Of a DNA stretch of 64,000 nt, positions 19,272-29,064 are shown one piece after another. The stretch comes from a virus. The stretch covers positions 47,832 to 111,831 of the IMG/VR virus record IMGVR_UViG_3300025133_000040; one strand, given 5' to 3'. Position 1 is the stretch's first letter, and each line of letters begins with the position of its first letter. Position numbers and translations under genes: made by a program. The notes beneath the pieces are model-generated. The model worked only from the letters and a program-made list of their open reading frames with translations, ran no database searches and had not been told where the DNA came from.

Positions 19272-19832
19272 AAGAGAGCTTTAGCAGTTTATTCTCTCAG
19301 CTTGTGAGGTCAACCTGTTGGTTGACCACTACACGACCTATAACAGCCTTCGCAAGCTTCACCCCTGTCGTTGCAGCTTTAGACCGCACGCAACAGCACG
19401 TTAAATTAGTGGTAGTTGTTCTGGACTTGGTGATTGGTGGTTGCAGCCACCGAACCCCTCATTCGTAAATCTTCAAAGCCTGGGAAGCCAATCCGATTTA
19501 CCCCTTGCGGGCAGCGTCACCAACTTTCGCCGGTAACCGTAGGCACTTCCACCTACCACTATGGTATTTTATTTCCCAGATTCATATTAGCGATGAACCG
19601 ATGACGTACATCAGGAAAACACCCAAAAACTATCGTTCCTTCAAGCAGACACTTGGGATGGCACCCACGCTCTTGCTGTTCAGCTACTAGGTGATTTCTG
19701 TAATGCCACTTACATACTCCACCACGCACCACGACACTGTTAGGGCGATGGTAAGCCCCTCCAACGTACACGCTTTCGTCTATGCTGCAAGCAGCTTGGT
19801 CACCCGTCATACCGAAAGGGTAAACCAGTTTA
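19272..19832 (-). ncRNA. large structured ncRNA, ROOL-like (~560 nt)
   Basis: fills the gap between two tRNAs; many GNRA-capped hairpins; segment GGTGCGTGGTGGAGTATG...TAGCTGAA resembles ROOL as I recall it. Confidence 0.6.
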
Positions 19833-19855
19833 AAGTCCCGACGACAGTGGGACAG

Positions 19856-19924
19856 AGCCTACATCCGGTGTCGAACCGGATAGTCGTCTTTACAAGAGAC
19901 AACGCTGGAGCCGCCAGTGTAGGC
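19856..19924 (-). tRNA. tRNA-Thr(UGU), short D-arm
   Basis: loop CTTGTAA. Confidence 0.8.
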
Positions 19925-20118
19925 TAATTTCGTTCTTCTTCTGGTCGCCAGTGCTCCCAGTTTATTTCAGTCCAACAATCGCTGTAGTCTTCCGTACAGC
20001 GTTCTTCCTCCGTATACTCGTTGTGACAATTAGGACACTCGCCACCGTTCCAGTCTTGTATTATTCCAACCTCGTGCCCGCACCTTGGACAGTCTAGTTC
20101 ATAATCAAATTCTTCCAT
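19924..20118 (-). CDS. small acidic zinc-finger protein
   Basis: CPRC...CPNC; AAGGAAG RBS. Confidence 0.65.
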   Translation of the reverse strand: MEEFDYELDCPRCGHEVGIIQDWNGGECPNCHNEYTEEERCTEDYSDCWTEINWEHWRPEEERN

Positions 20119-20150
20119 GTCACTTCCTTAGGTTTTGCGAAGCAAAACAG

Positions 20151-20217
20151 AGCCTTAGTTCGGAGTCGAACCGAATTAGAAACATTACGAGTGTCTCTGT
20201 CCACCATGGACTAAGGC
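20151..20217 (-). tRNA. tRNA-Thr(CGU), minimal D-arm (67 nt)
   Basis: loop CTCGTAA. Confidence 0.75.
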
Positions 20218-20225
20218 GACGTGAG

Positions 20226-20310
20226 CGGTTGGAACAGGAATCGAACCTGCAAGCCCCCGAAGGACTACTTACTTTCCAAGTAAGGTGCTCTGCCTATTAG
20301 CTACCCAACC
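20226..20310 (-). tRNA. tRNA-Ser(GGA)
   Basis: loop TTGGAAA, long variable arm. Confidence 0.9.
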
Positions 20311-20314
20311 AAAG

Positions 20315-20382
20315 TAGCTCGTGAGGGAGTCGAACCCACGCTATCGGATTAGGAATCCAATGCCCCATCCTCGGGACAAGCT
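20315..20382 (-). tRNA. tRNA-Arg(CCU), short D-arm
   Basis: loop TTCCTAA. Confidence 0.78.
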
Positions 20383-20521
20383 AAATTGCCCACTGTCGTG
20401 GGCTCTATCCACCACCGTGAATAGATAAAACCATTGATGCGTTGAGTCTGTCATACTGCGCATCTTTATACGACTCAACCCACATAAGTGACAGCTTACG
20501 GGTCTGGTTGTCGTGGTTTAG

Positions 20522-20593
20522 TAGGCAATAAAGGAATCGAACCTTTGTTTTCTGCTTGTAAAACAGATGTACTGGCCATTGTACGAATCGCCC
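20522..20593 (-). tRNA. tRNA-Val(UAC)
   Basis: loop TTTACAA. Confidence 0.88.
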
Positions 20594-20636
20594 AGAGGCG
20601 ACAGTCTACGGGACTTACCCTCAACTGTCTATATAT

Positions 20637-20664
20637 AGTATACACCTAAACCGCCTCAAGTCAA
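20637..20664 (-). promoter_or_regulatory. promoter TTGACT-N16-TATACT driving the left tRNA/ncRNA cluster
   Basis: repeated motif directly upstream of tRNA-Val. Confidence 0.8.
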
Positions 20665-20835
20665 GGTGTATTTTGAATATTTTTCATATTCCGTTCTTCT
20701 TATCTGCCGCCCTTTTGGCAGCCTCATAGTTAGTATATGACGCCCAGGTGAAACGACGAGTATCGTTGTCCCAAATCTTCCACGCCACAGTACTGTGAAC
20801 CCCGTCCCAAATATCTTTTACAATATATCTAAGCA

Positions 20836-21462
20836 TTAGTGATACGAAGTCCCTTTGTCGTGGTGGTCTACACTTTCAGGCTCTATGTGCCTCATGTACT
20901 CCACAATGTCATCCAGTAGCATTGGGGTGTACCTTTCAGAGTTAGGACCATGACAGTCCATGCCCACGTCCATCTGCCTGCCACAATCCCTAGTGTAGGT
21001 GCCATGACAGTGACCATATAGGTTGATAGACCCTCGACCTACCTCGTTCCACGACCCCAGAGGATAGTGACCCATGGTAATCAGCTTCTTACCGTGTCTA
21101 AACTCTCGGTATCGTCTGATGGTGGAGAAATGCTTGGTGTGCGCCTCTCCCTTGAACTTACGATTCTCTGGGTCTAGAGTGTCGTCGTGGTTACCTAGTA
21201 ACAGGTGAATCGTACGGCACTTGATTCGCGCACGCATCCCAGGAATGTCCCTCGGACCCATGGCGAAGTCGCCCAGGTGAATCAGGGTATCGCCCTCACC
21301 AACAACGCTGTTGATGTTGTCGATAATGGTGCTATCCATCTCGTCCACAGAAGCGAAGTCTCGGTAGCCCTTATCCCAGGAGGACAAAGCAGGCCCGCTG
21401 ATATTTACATGGCCGAAGTGAGTATCGGCGGTTACAAAGATTTTATTCATTCTATTCTCCAT
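20836..21462 (-). CDS. calcineurin-like metallophosphoesterase
   Basis: DTHFGH, HLGDF, GNHD, GHCH. Confidence 0.9.
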   Translation of the reverse strand: MENRMNKIFVTADTHFGHVNISGPALSSWDKGYRDFASVDEMDSTIIDNINSVVGEGDTLIHLGDFAMGPRDIPGMRARIKCRTIHLLLGNHDDTLDPENRKFKGEAHTKHFSTIRRYREFRHGKKLITMGHYPLGSWNEVGRGSINLYGHCHGTYTRDCGRQMDVGMDCHGPNSERYTPMLLDDIVEYMRHIEPESVDHHDKGTSYH

Positions 21463-22492
21463 GCTTTAAAGCATACTTGTTGCTGATGACCTTGAAAGAC
21501 AGGGGCTTTCCCAATACCTCGTTCCAGCCACCGCCATTAGCTAGGCGAACCACGATTCCTTCAGCGCGACTGCCGTTAGCGTACTTGGTTTCGTCAGCTA
21601 GTTCTAGCAGGCCCTCTAGTGTCCAAGTAGGACACTCCTCGTCTGCTGGGCCTAGGTAGCACAGGTCTACCATGGTAAGCTCATATTCCTCACAGAACTT
21701 TTTGGTCTGACGGTAGTTCAGAGTGTAGTCCTCTTCAATATCGAACACGTTGAATACCCTGAACTCAGGCTCTTTCAAGCCCTCTCGGTTGTTCTGAATA
21801 CCAGGACCAACAATCTCACCCTGTACGACGCAGTTGTCGGGCAGAGCGGCAAGTGAATACTTTAAAGCCATCCTACCGTAGACACCACCGTCAATCTTTA
21901 GCTCCATATTGCGTGAGCAAATACGAAAATGATTGTCTTCCATAATATAGGTAGCAGATGTACCGTCATGCTTAACAGAGATATAGACTTCCTTACCCTG
22001 AATCTTTTCAATGAGAGAAGGTAGGTTCTGAATCCTTTCCTCGTCTGTCTTTGAGACCAAGTGAGTAGGGAAGTGACCAATAGCATCTGCTGACTGAGGT
22101 GCGGGCTTCTCGTACTTGAGCACTTCCAGTGCCTCGGTTACGTCGTCGCCTTCTGTTACTAGAGGTCGCACAGGAACAGTCCAAGTTACTCCCTCGTCCT
22201 CAACTTCTTCTAATCTATCTAGAACAGATAACGGAAAACAAATTCCCTGTGAAACTACACCACGTAGCTTGATTGTCTTGACTCTGAACTGCTTGTTCCG
22301 AAGGAACTCAAACTCTGGTCGCTCTGGAAGGATAGAATCCAACGCCACGTAGACGCAGAGGTCACCCTCTTTGAACTCGCCCTTCTTGGCGACCACGGTC
22401 CAGCCTAGTACCTTGATTAGCTCTAGGCTATCAGCATTGTCATGTGGCAGTACAGAGGCCACCCTTTGAATTGTTGCTAGTTTGTTACTCAT
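21452..22492 (-). CDS. RNA ligase, DRB0094/Rnl5 family
   Basis: N-terminal OB (HDNADSLE, LRGVVSQG), KTDEERIQN, KHDGTS, QGEIVG, EGIV, SFKVISNKY. Confidence 0.9.
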   Translation of the reverse strand: MSNKLATIQRVASVLPHDNADSLELIKVLGWTVVAKKGEFKEGDLCVYVALDSILPERPEFEFLRNKQFRVKTIKLRGVVSQGICFPLSVLDRLEEVEDEGVTWTVPVRPLVTEGDDVTEALEVLKYEKPAPQSADAIGHFPTHLVSKTDEERIQNLPSLIEKIQGKEVYISVKHDGTSATYIMEDNHFRICSRNMELKIDGGVYGRMALKYSLAALPDNCVVQGEIVGPGIQNNREGLKEPEFRVFNVFDIEEDYTLNYRQTKKFCEEYELTMVDLCYLGPADEECPTWTLEGLLELADETKYANGSRAEGIVVRLANGGGWNEVLGKPLSFKVISNKYALKHGE

Positions 22493-22913
22493 ATTCTATT
22501 ACTACCTCAAAATGCGTCATTGTTGGAAAGTTTTCAGGTCGAATTCTCGCACCGACTCCTAGAAGTCCCGTAAGCATACTGTCACGGGGTTCTTCAATGC
22601 CATTGTAGGACTGGTGGATTTGCCTCTCACTCATAATGACTATGTCTTTATGGAAATGTTCTTTGTTGAACGCCCTGATTACTACACGCATTTAATTTCC
22701 CTCAATATACGCAAGCACTCGCTTACGTTTCTGACATATCTCACAATCGCACCAACCACTGTCACCTCTTTCAGTGTGTGGACAGGGATTAGCAACAAGC
22801 TCATAGAGGTCGTAAGCAAATTCGTTCATTCGCATCCTCTTATTGGTCGCCTCTAGCTTTTCCCTTAGTCCCTCAAAGGCTGTTCCCTCGTAAGATATGC
22901 CCATTGTACCACC

Positions 22914-23129
22914 TTATTCCTCGGAGTCAACCGTTTTTGGGTGTAAAATCTGGTCAACAAGTCTTTTTCTTGTCGGCAGGTCGATGTAGGGACTAGTAGC
23001 CGTACTCCTAGCGAGCATCTCTCGGCTAATCTTGTCGTCTCTAACCGTATTGTAGTTGTCCATGCAGCACTTCTTGAACTTCTTCTTACTGCCACACCCA
23101 CACAATGAATTTCTTCCACGTTTTTGCAT
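22914..23129 (-). CDS. SEC-C motif protein
   Basis: GRNSLCGCGSKKKFKKCC. Confidence 0.75.
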   Translation of the reverse strand: MQKRGRNSLCGCGSKKKFKKCCMDNYNTVRDDKISREMLARSTATSPYIDLPTRKRLVDQILHPKTVDSEE

Positions 23130-23136
23130 AGTCTTG

Positions 23137-23691
23137 CTACCTTTGATTGAGTTGGTTTATCTTATTTAAACTAGGGAAGCTCATAGAAGCCGGTGGCTTC
23201 TCATTTTTATACTTAGCCACGAGCACCTTACGTGCTTCAATGTCTTTCAGCGTCTCTTGGAACCTCGCCTCTGATTCCTCTTGCCACTTCTTTCTCTTAG
23301 TAATTTTCTCGGGGCTATAAATCTTACGATATATAGGAAGCTCGTCAATAGACCCGAGAGGTACATAAGCCACTACCCACCAATACATTCCATCCTCGCT
23401 CTCAAGCATCAGAGAATAGCCATCTTCATCACGGCAAAAGTTATGGAACTCATTCCACCTTGTGTAGCTTTGCACCCAGTCACACGCTAGAAGTTCCTCA
23501 ACGGTTTCAAACTCGAAAGTTTCTTTGTTGGACTCACTAACATCTACAAAATTAGGGTAGTGTTTCTTAGCCTTATGCACTGAGCACCTCCTCAATCTTA
23601 CCCCTAATGGAAGACGTAGGCTCCCACTTGCTGTGCATGTTCTTAATGGTTTCAAGAGGCACACCGTGAGAAGTGTGGCCCACACACGCAA
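23137..23691 (-). CDS. hypothetical protein (true start probably near 23580)
   Basis: N-terminal part of the predicted ORF overlaps the kinase gene. Confidence 0.55.
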   Translation of the reverse strand: MRVWATLLTVCLLKPLRTCTASGSLRLPLGVRLRRCSVHKAKKHYPNFVDVSESNKETFEFETVEELLACDWVQSYTRWNEFHNFCRDEDGYSLMLESEDGMYWWVVAYVPLGSIDELPIYRKIYSPEKITKRKKWQEESEARFQETLKDIEARKVLVAKYKNEKPPASMSFPSLNKINQLNQR

Positions 23692-24073
23692 TAGGGTCGT
23701 ACCGCCAAGAGGTATCAGGCTCTAGCACTTCTACCTCGTAGCCGTACTTCTTAGCCAGCAACACGTAGGGCTTGATTTCCTTCCAAGTGATATTGGTGTT
23801 GTCAATAATCACCGTATTCGTAGGGGGTAGCACTTCGTCTACCATATACTCCTCGGCTCGTTCTTTGTTCCAGGCATGAGCCTCACCAATCCTTCGCATG
23901 TTGAAGTCGTAGTGCCCGTCAGGACGTAGCCAGTAGCTATCAGTAGAGCAGACGCGAGACGACCAGTTCATGCTCACCCCTAGTTCGCCAGCAGTCGCAC
24001 GTCTAAACTCGTTCACAGCGGTGCTCTTACCGCTTCCAGGTAAGCCCCTGGCAATAATTAATCGCTTCTTCAT
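23573..24073 (-). CDS. P-loop polynucleotide kinase-like protein (AAA_33 / N4BP2-like)
   Basis: RGLPGSGKST, STD, IIDNTN, HGVP. Confidence 0.85.
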   Translation of the reverse strand: MKKRLIIARGLPGSGKSTAVNEFRRATAGELGVSMNWSSRVCSTDSYWLRPDGHYDFNMRRIGEAHAWNKERAEEYMVDEVLPPTNTVIIDNTNITWKEIKPYVLLAKKYGYEVEVLEPDTSWRYDPIACVGHTSHGVPLETIKNMHSKWEPTSSIRGKIEEVLSA

Positions 24074-24074
24074 T

Positions 24075-25211
24075 TTAGTTTTCCTTATCAGCCTGGGGCT
24101 TTACCATCTTCCAAATGGCCTCGGAGTAATCCTTGCCATCAATTATCATAAACACTAGGTTGCGGTACTTATAGTTGGTCATTCGCTGAGCAATAGCCTT
24201 GCGATTACCCTTATGCTTGGTCACCTCTAAGTACTTCGCCTTGGCCTCGGCCTCGATAGTGTCGTACTCAGCCTGGAAACCATTAGCCATGTCCATAACA
24301 TAAGTATAGAACTCGTCCGGTACTTTGTCAAGCCACTTATTTAAATCTTGGTTGTGCCGAAGCTGTTCCCACACTCTCTTAGGGGTTACGCCCGTCATAA
24401 TCTTGTGCAGCCTACAGTACTCGTCGAACTTAAACTTCATGCGGAAGTTCTTGAGCGTTGGGTAAACCAGGACGTAGCCCTCTTCGTTTTCAGGCTGGTC
24501 CAGAGTCTCCAACTGAGACAAGTAGTTCGCACCTTCTAAGGGCTCGATGGAATTCCAACCAGCCTTCTTAGCCTTCTCGAATAAGTCCCAGCGGTCCTGA
24601 CCGTCCCAGTTTTCAGTGACAGCAAGTAGCCGTAGCTCCTCAGTGTCGCCGTAGTCTAGAACGATGCGGTTCTCTGGGTAGATAATTTCTACCAGATATG
24701 TACATTCGGTGTCACAACCTTCAAGAATCTCGTCGTAGTCACGTAGCATCTCACGACCCTTGTACGCCTGTGGAGACGCAAAGGAACCACGAGTAGCAAT
24801 GTCCCACCGACCCTGCATTGGGCTGAAGAAGACCACGCCTAAGGAACCATCCATCTTTGGGTAAGCCTTGAAGGGCTCAGCATGGATGCGACCTAGGAAT
24901 TCCTGGTACTTCATACCGTACAGGTGCTTGGTCCGGTTACGGATAACTGGAATCTCACCCACGTTGAAGAACTTGGTGAACGGTCGAGCAACAATGTTGT
25001 TGCGGTGGTCTAAGACCAAACCACGACACATCATGGTAGCTTCGTCCCACTTGGCTTCAATCTGAGTGTTCGTTGTGTAGTTATAGATAAAGAGCGTGTC
25101 TTTTGGGTGTTCACGTACGGATACGTAGCCCTGCGATACACGCTCCTGAATCTTTTCTAGTAAGTTGTTTTCAAGTCTCATAACTTCATCCTTATAACCA
25201 GGGCTTCTCAC
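24075..25211 (-). CDS. T4 Rnl1-family RNA ligase
   Basis: CRGLV, RPFTKFFN, KMDGSLG, ATRGSF, EGYV, KFKFDEY. Confidence 0.92.
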   Translation of the reverse strand: MRSPGYKDEVMRLENNLLEKIQERVSQGYVSVREHPKDTLFIYNYTTNTQIEAKWDEATMMCRGLVLDHRNNIVARPFTKFFNVGEIPVIRNRTKHLYGMKYQEFLGRIHAEPFKAYPKMDGSLGVVFFSPMQGRWDIATRGSFASPQAYKGREMLRDYDEILEGCDTECTYLVEIIYPENRIVLDYGDTEELRLLAVTENWDGQDRWDLFEKAKKAGWNSIEPLEGANYLSQLETLDQPENEEGYVLVYPTLKNFRMKFKFDEYCRLHKIMTGVTPKRVWEQLRHNQDLNKWLDKVPDEFYTYVMDMANGFQAEYDTIEAEAKAKYLEVTKHKGNRKAIAQRMTNYKYRNLVFMIIDGKDYSEAIWKMVKPQADKEN

Positions 25212-25554
25212 CCATCTTTACCCGAACATCATTACCTATCTTGCGAGAGTATTCAATCATCTGTTTGGTTCCACGGCTTTTACCGTCCCAAAACGCAACA
25301 GTAGCATCGGCATAGTCTGCCATCTCAATGTTGCGTAGTATTCCAGCCTTCTTTCCTAGGCCATCCCAGTCTGCGGGACATCTCTTGACCGCAATCCCTC
25401 TTTCGTTGGCCCACTTCTCCCCTAGTGTATCTGCCCCTCTAGCACAACCGCAAACTACTTCTGTAACATTGCCGTTTGTGTTGAGGTAATCCATACAACT
25501 AGAAAGATAATCATAGTCTTTAAAATCTCTGGAACCTACTATTGCCACTCGCAT
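25192..25554 (-). CDS. SLOG/YspA-like (DUF2493) protein
   Basis: GSRDF, GCARGAD, AGILRNIEMA, FWDGKSRGT. Confidence 0.88.
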   Translation of the reverse strand: MRVAIVGSRDFKDYDYLSSCMDYLNTNGNVTEVVCGCARGADTLGEKWANERGIAVKRCPADWDGLGKKAGILRNIEMADYADATVAFWDGKSRGTKQMIEYSRKIGNDVRVKMGEKPWL

Positions 25555-25567
25555 AAATGTCCCGCCC

Positions 25568-26155
25568 TTAAAATTGAATCCTGTTCATCTTGTTCTGTTC
25601 TACGTGTGCATCATACAGCGTGTTGTAGTTAAACACCCTGCCAACGTCGTCGTACGCTTGTCTCATTTGATTGGCGCATTTTCTCGGCGTCATCCTGCCA
25701 GTAGCAGTACATAGCCCTGGACATAGGATGCTTTGAATTTCGTTGAAATCCTCGTCAAAACTTAGAGCAGCACGAAATGCTAGGTAGGCATTGATTGTAT
25801 TACTAACATCCTCTGGGACTCTCATAGTTGGAGCACAGATAAGATGAGGTAATGCACAGCCAAGCGTTGGAACAATCATAGCTTCGCCCACTAGAAGCTC
25901 TCCGTTGACAAGAGACCTTAACTCATGTTGTAGTCTAACCTGTAGGTCCGTACCAAAGTAGTTGGTGTACACTTGGTCGATGCCACCGTCCATAAACCCG
26001 AAGGAATTAGCTGGGCTAATCACAGCGTCGGCATCCATGTGTTCGCCTGGGGCAAAAATCTTACCGTGGCTAATGTGTACGTTGTCACAACCTTTGAACG
26101 CTCTCGTCCACTCAGCTACTAGGCTGAGGTTTAAGTCTCTAAGATAAATTTCCAT
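25568..26155 (-). CDS. macrodomain (ADP-ribose binding/processing) protein
   Basis: SPANSFGFMDGGID, APTMRVP, PGLCTATG. Confidence 0.9.
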   Translation of the reverse strand: MEIYLRDLNLSLVAEWTRAFKGCDNVHISHGKIFAPGEHMDADAVISPANSFGFMDGGIDQVYTNYFGTDLQVRLQHELRSLVNGELLVGEAMIVPTLGCALPHLICAPTMRVPEDVSNTINAYLAFRAALSFDEDFNEIQSILCPGLCTATGRMTPRKCANQMRQAYDDVGRVFNYNTLYDAHVEQNKMNRIQF

Positions 26156-27087
26156 TAGTATGATTTGTCCTCTCGGTATCTGTCACTCGAAATTTTAGCA
26201 GTACCATTGTCTTGATACTCTTCCCACTCATCCACCGCTGCGCGAGACACATGCTCAACGATAGCGTCGTTGTTACACATGTACATGCCAGCGCAGGAGA
26301 AGGAGCCAATCTCCAAGACCTTTGTCCTACCGGACTTGGTCCTACAAACATCTAAACTCCACACTCTGTCGGGTGAGTAGTCTAAGCTATCAACCACCCC
26401 TTGAGCGTACTTCCAGGTCTCAGCCTCCTCGCCAAGCTCTGTTCTTGTTGGCCTGTACTTAGACCCAGCGATAACTTTGTCGCCCACCACCACGAACCTG
26501 TATTCTGCCACAACATTTACCGGATAGGTAATGATGCACAACTCGTTATCAGGAACGTCATAGAAACCCAGCGTTTCTAGGTCTCTCTCAAAGTGTTCCT
26601 TCTGTACAGCCTGACCAGTGAAAATCTTATTGCCTGCATCGGGCCTGATGAACACGGTATTAGACTGGCCGAATGTTTTAAAAATGAATTCCTTCTGACG
26701 TAGTAGGTCTCCGTAAGGGAGAATCATATACTCGTCGCCATTAAGTAGTTCGCTCTTGAACTTAGGGTAGTAGTTGACACACCTGAACGCATCCCAGTTA
26801 CAATACACACCAGGAATCCACTTGGCTTCCTTGCGAATCATATCACAGAACTGAATCGACCCACGAATAACTACGCAGTCATCGTCGTCGAAGAAGTCCA
26901 GGTAGTTCTTCTTCATGTTTCTAAACTCGTTGGAGGGGAAGGACGCATACAGAAGACCCTCTTTGAGCTTCTGTTCCTCCTCCTCGTCGAGTGACTTGTA
27001 TATTATATCATACTTCGCCAAGGACGCAAGTAGTTCTGTCTCATTTTCTTCAAATACTAGGCTTTCAATCAACCACTTAGCTTTCAT
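26155..27087 (-). CDS. ATP-grasp protein (DUF4343/R2K-like)
   Basis: FIRPD..KIFTG, EYRFVV, LEIGSFSCAGMY. Confidence 0.8.
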   Translation of the reverse strand: MKAKWLIESLVFEENETELLASLAKYDIIYKSLDEEEEQKLKEGLLYASFPSNEFRNMKKNYLDFFDDDDCVVIRGSIQFCDMIRKEAKWIPGVYCNWDAFRCVNYYPKFKSELLNGDEYMILPYGDLLRQKEFIFKTFGQSNTVFIRPDAGNKIFTGQAVQKEHFERDLETLGFYDVPDNELCIITYPVNVVAEYRFVVVGDKVIAGSKYRPTRTELGEEAETWKYAQGVVDSLDYSPDRVWSLDVCRTKSGRTKVLEIGSFSCAGMYMCNNDAIVEHVSRAAVDEWEEYQDNGTAKISSDRYREDKSY

Positions 27088-27091
27088 CGCG

Positions 27092-27499
27092 TCAGTCCTT
27101 CAAAATTAAATGTCCGAATGTTAAATGAAACGGGAACTTAAGTTCCGACCTGAGCCCTAACTCAGCCCTTATGTCTGAAAGGGTGGGGCAGAACACAGGA
27201 AGCCAAAACATCCCGTCTCGATTCTGTGGGCTACCGTACTCAAACTCTACTGTGTCTCCCTCGTACTTCCCCCAGTGCTGGGGGTACACAGGGCTTTCGT
27301 AAGTCCCCGCCACCAATGTAATGTGCGGCTCTCGCTTGCCAGGGTTTAGTCTGCGCGTCTTGTTCTTTGCCAGCCAATATAGGTGACGATAGTACTTGAG
27401 GATGCTCGGGTCAACCAGGACCAGTGCCCAGGAACGTCCATACGTGATGGTTCCAGTTGTCTTATACATGTTTCTATCCAGAGCATGGTAGTATCTCAA
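27092..27499 (-). CDS. 2H phosphoesterase
   Basis: two HxT motifs (HITL, HLTF). Confidence 0.75.
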   Translation of the reverse strand: MRYYHALDRNMYKTTGTITYGRSWALVLVDPSILKYYRHLYWLAKNKTRRLNPGKREPHITLVAGTYESPVYPQHWGKYEGDTVEFEYGSPQNRDGMFWLPVFCPTLSDIRAELGLRSELKFPFHLTFGHLILKD

Positions 27500-28105
27500 A
27501 GCCCTCTAGTTTAATTTCTCCAGTGGTTTTTACGCGACCACCGTCACAAAAATTGCCTAGCTTATGCCTCGTCATACACTCTTCAAAAGCGGCTCTCACA
27601 CCATTTAGAACCTCCTCGTCTCTTTCTGTTTCCCCATAACAAAATTGCATAACACTATGGATGGCCTGTACCTCGTTATAGTCTAACCCAAACTCAAATT
27701 CGTCTGGAATCTCTGCGTAGTGTCTAGCCATTATGCTTCTTTCACCCCACCTATATGCTCAGGAAACTTCCAAACGTCCATTGCCCAGTCAGTATCGGCA
27801 TACATATGCCCATAATCAAGCCCTGCGTAATCACATATGACCTTGACTGCGTCGATAGCACCCAGGTTGTCGCCCTCAGCAACCAGCTTGTTGCAAATGT
27901 AGACGCCAACCCTAGGGCCGTGCTCTTGTTCTACTATAGTAATGTCACTCATTAGCCATTTTTCCTATATAATATCCCTGCAAGGAGTTGCAAAGTGCCA
28001 CTAAAGAGCAGGCAACACCCGCCCCTGGCATGTCCTCTACAACAATCAGCCCGTACGAAATCATAAAACAATTTAATAGTATCATAAGATATGATGCCGC
28101 AACCA

Positions 28106-28465
28106 TTAGCAGAGTACCTCCATCTCAATATCATTATTATGGTAGTAGGTAATCTCCCACTCAGTCCTAAGCAGGCGGTCGTCGAGCAGTTCAACGCCCC
28201 TTAGTTGAGCGTCGTTAGAGTCTAACAACTCACAGAATTTAGTTACTTCTGACTGCCGACCGACCTTAAACCTGCGTACAGAATGACCCGTAGGCTTCTT
28301 ATCCACAGGACAAATCTCATACAGACTAATGGAAAATTCCTTACCGTTTATAGGGTGAATCACCACGGCATCCCTAACCGCCTCAAACCGCACGAACTCA
28401 TATACGGTGTCATACCTGTCTACAACAAGGTCTCCCGCTACTAAATCACCAATGAATTTAACCAT
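28106..28465 (-). CDS. hypothetical protein
   Basis: coupled ORF. Confidence 0.6.
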   Translation of the reverse strand: MVKFIGDLVAGDLVVDRYDTVYEFVRFEAVRDAVVIHPINGKEFSISLYEICPVDKKPTGHSVRRFKVGRQSEVTKFCELLDSNDAQLRGVELLDDRLLRTEWEITYYHNNDIEMEVLC

Positions 28466-28968
28466 TCATTTGCCTCTTCCTGTGGAACCGCGTTCATGTC
28501 CTCGGCAGGAGGGGTAACGAACCTCCCTAGCCGCCCTAACTTCTTGCCTGCCCCATTCTCGTCAACGTCTCCGACAACGACGATAGGGCGACCTCTTGTG
28601 ATTAGCTTCCAGTAACCTAGGAACGCCTTACCAGGGGTAGAAGTCAGTGCAGCCACGCAAGAGTAGCCCGCATTGATAACCCTGATAGCGTCCCAGACTC
28701 CCTCAACAACGAACAGAGTCTCGGTCTCATAGAAATGTTCAAGCCCCCACAGCATACAGTAGGACTTGTTAGCCTTGTTGATGTAACGACCGCCAATCTC
28801 GTTGCTTCGCAGCTTAGGAGCGGCCCAGTTGTATCGGGAGTATCCTAGGAGTTTGCCGTTTCCCAAGGTTCAGAGAGGAAACCTTACGATTTCCTCCTTC
28901 CAGTCCACCCAGCAGCGGATTCTGTCTGTCAGTCCTCGCTCTGTTAGATGGTCTTTGAAGTTATTCAT
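28441..28968 (-). pseudogene. TOPRIM/primase-like protein with in-frame TGA at 28870-28872
   Basis: MNNFKDHL...RFPL*TLGNGKLLGY in one frame; VEGVWDA and DVD TOPRIM motifs; ATG 6 nt after TATACT. Confidence 0.7.
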
Positions 28969-28974
28969 ACCTAT

Positions 28975-29002
28975 AGTATACACTAAAGCGTGGTGGAGTC
29001 AA
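28975..29002 (-). promoter_or_regulatory. promoter TTGACT-N16-TATACT (probable leaderless transcript)
   Basis: repeated motif. Confidence 0.75.
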
Positions 29003-29064
29003 GCGAATCCATAAAAAAAGCCCAGGAAAACCTGGGCCTCTCCACTTTATTTGCAGTTAAGTGT

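Noticed and set aside
19559-19810. 83-aa ORF (and the 65-aa ORF at 37890-38087)
   Set aside because: Both lie within highly structured RNAs, have no clear RBS and do not look like proteins
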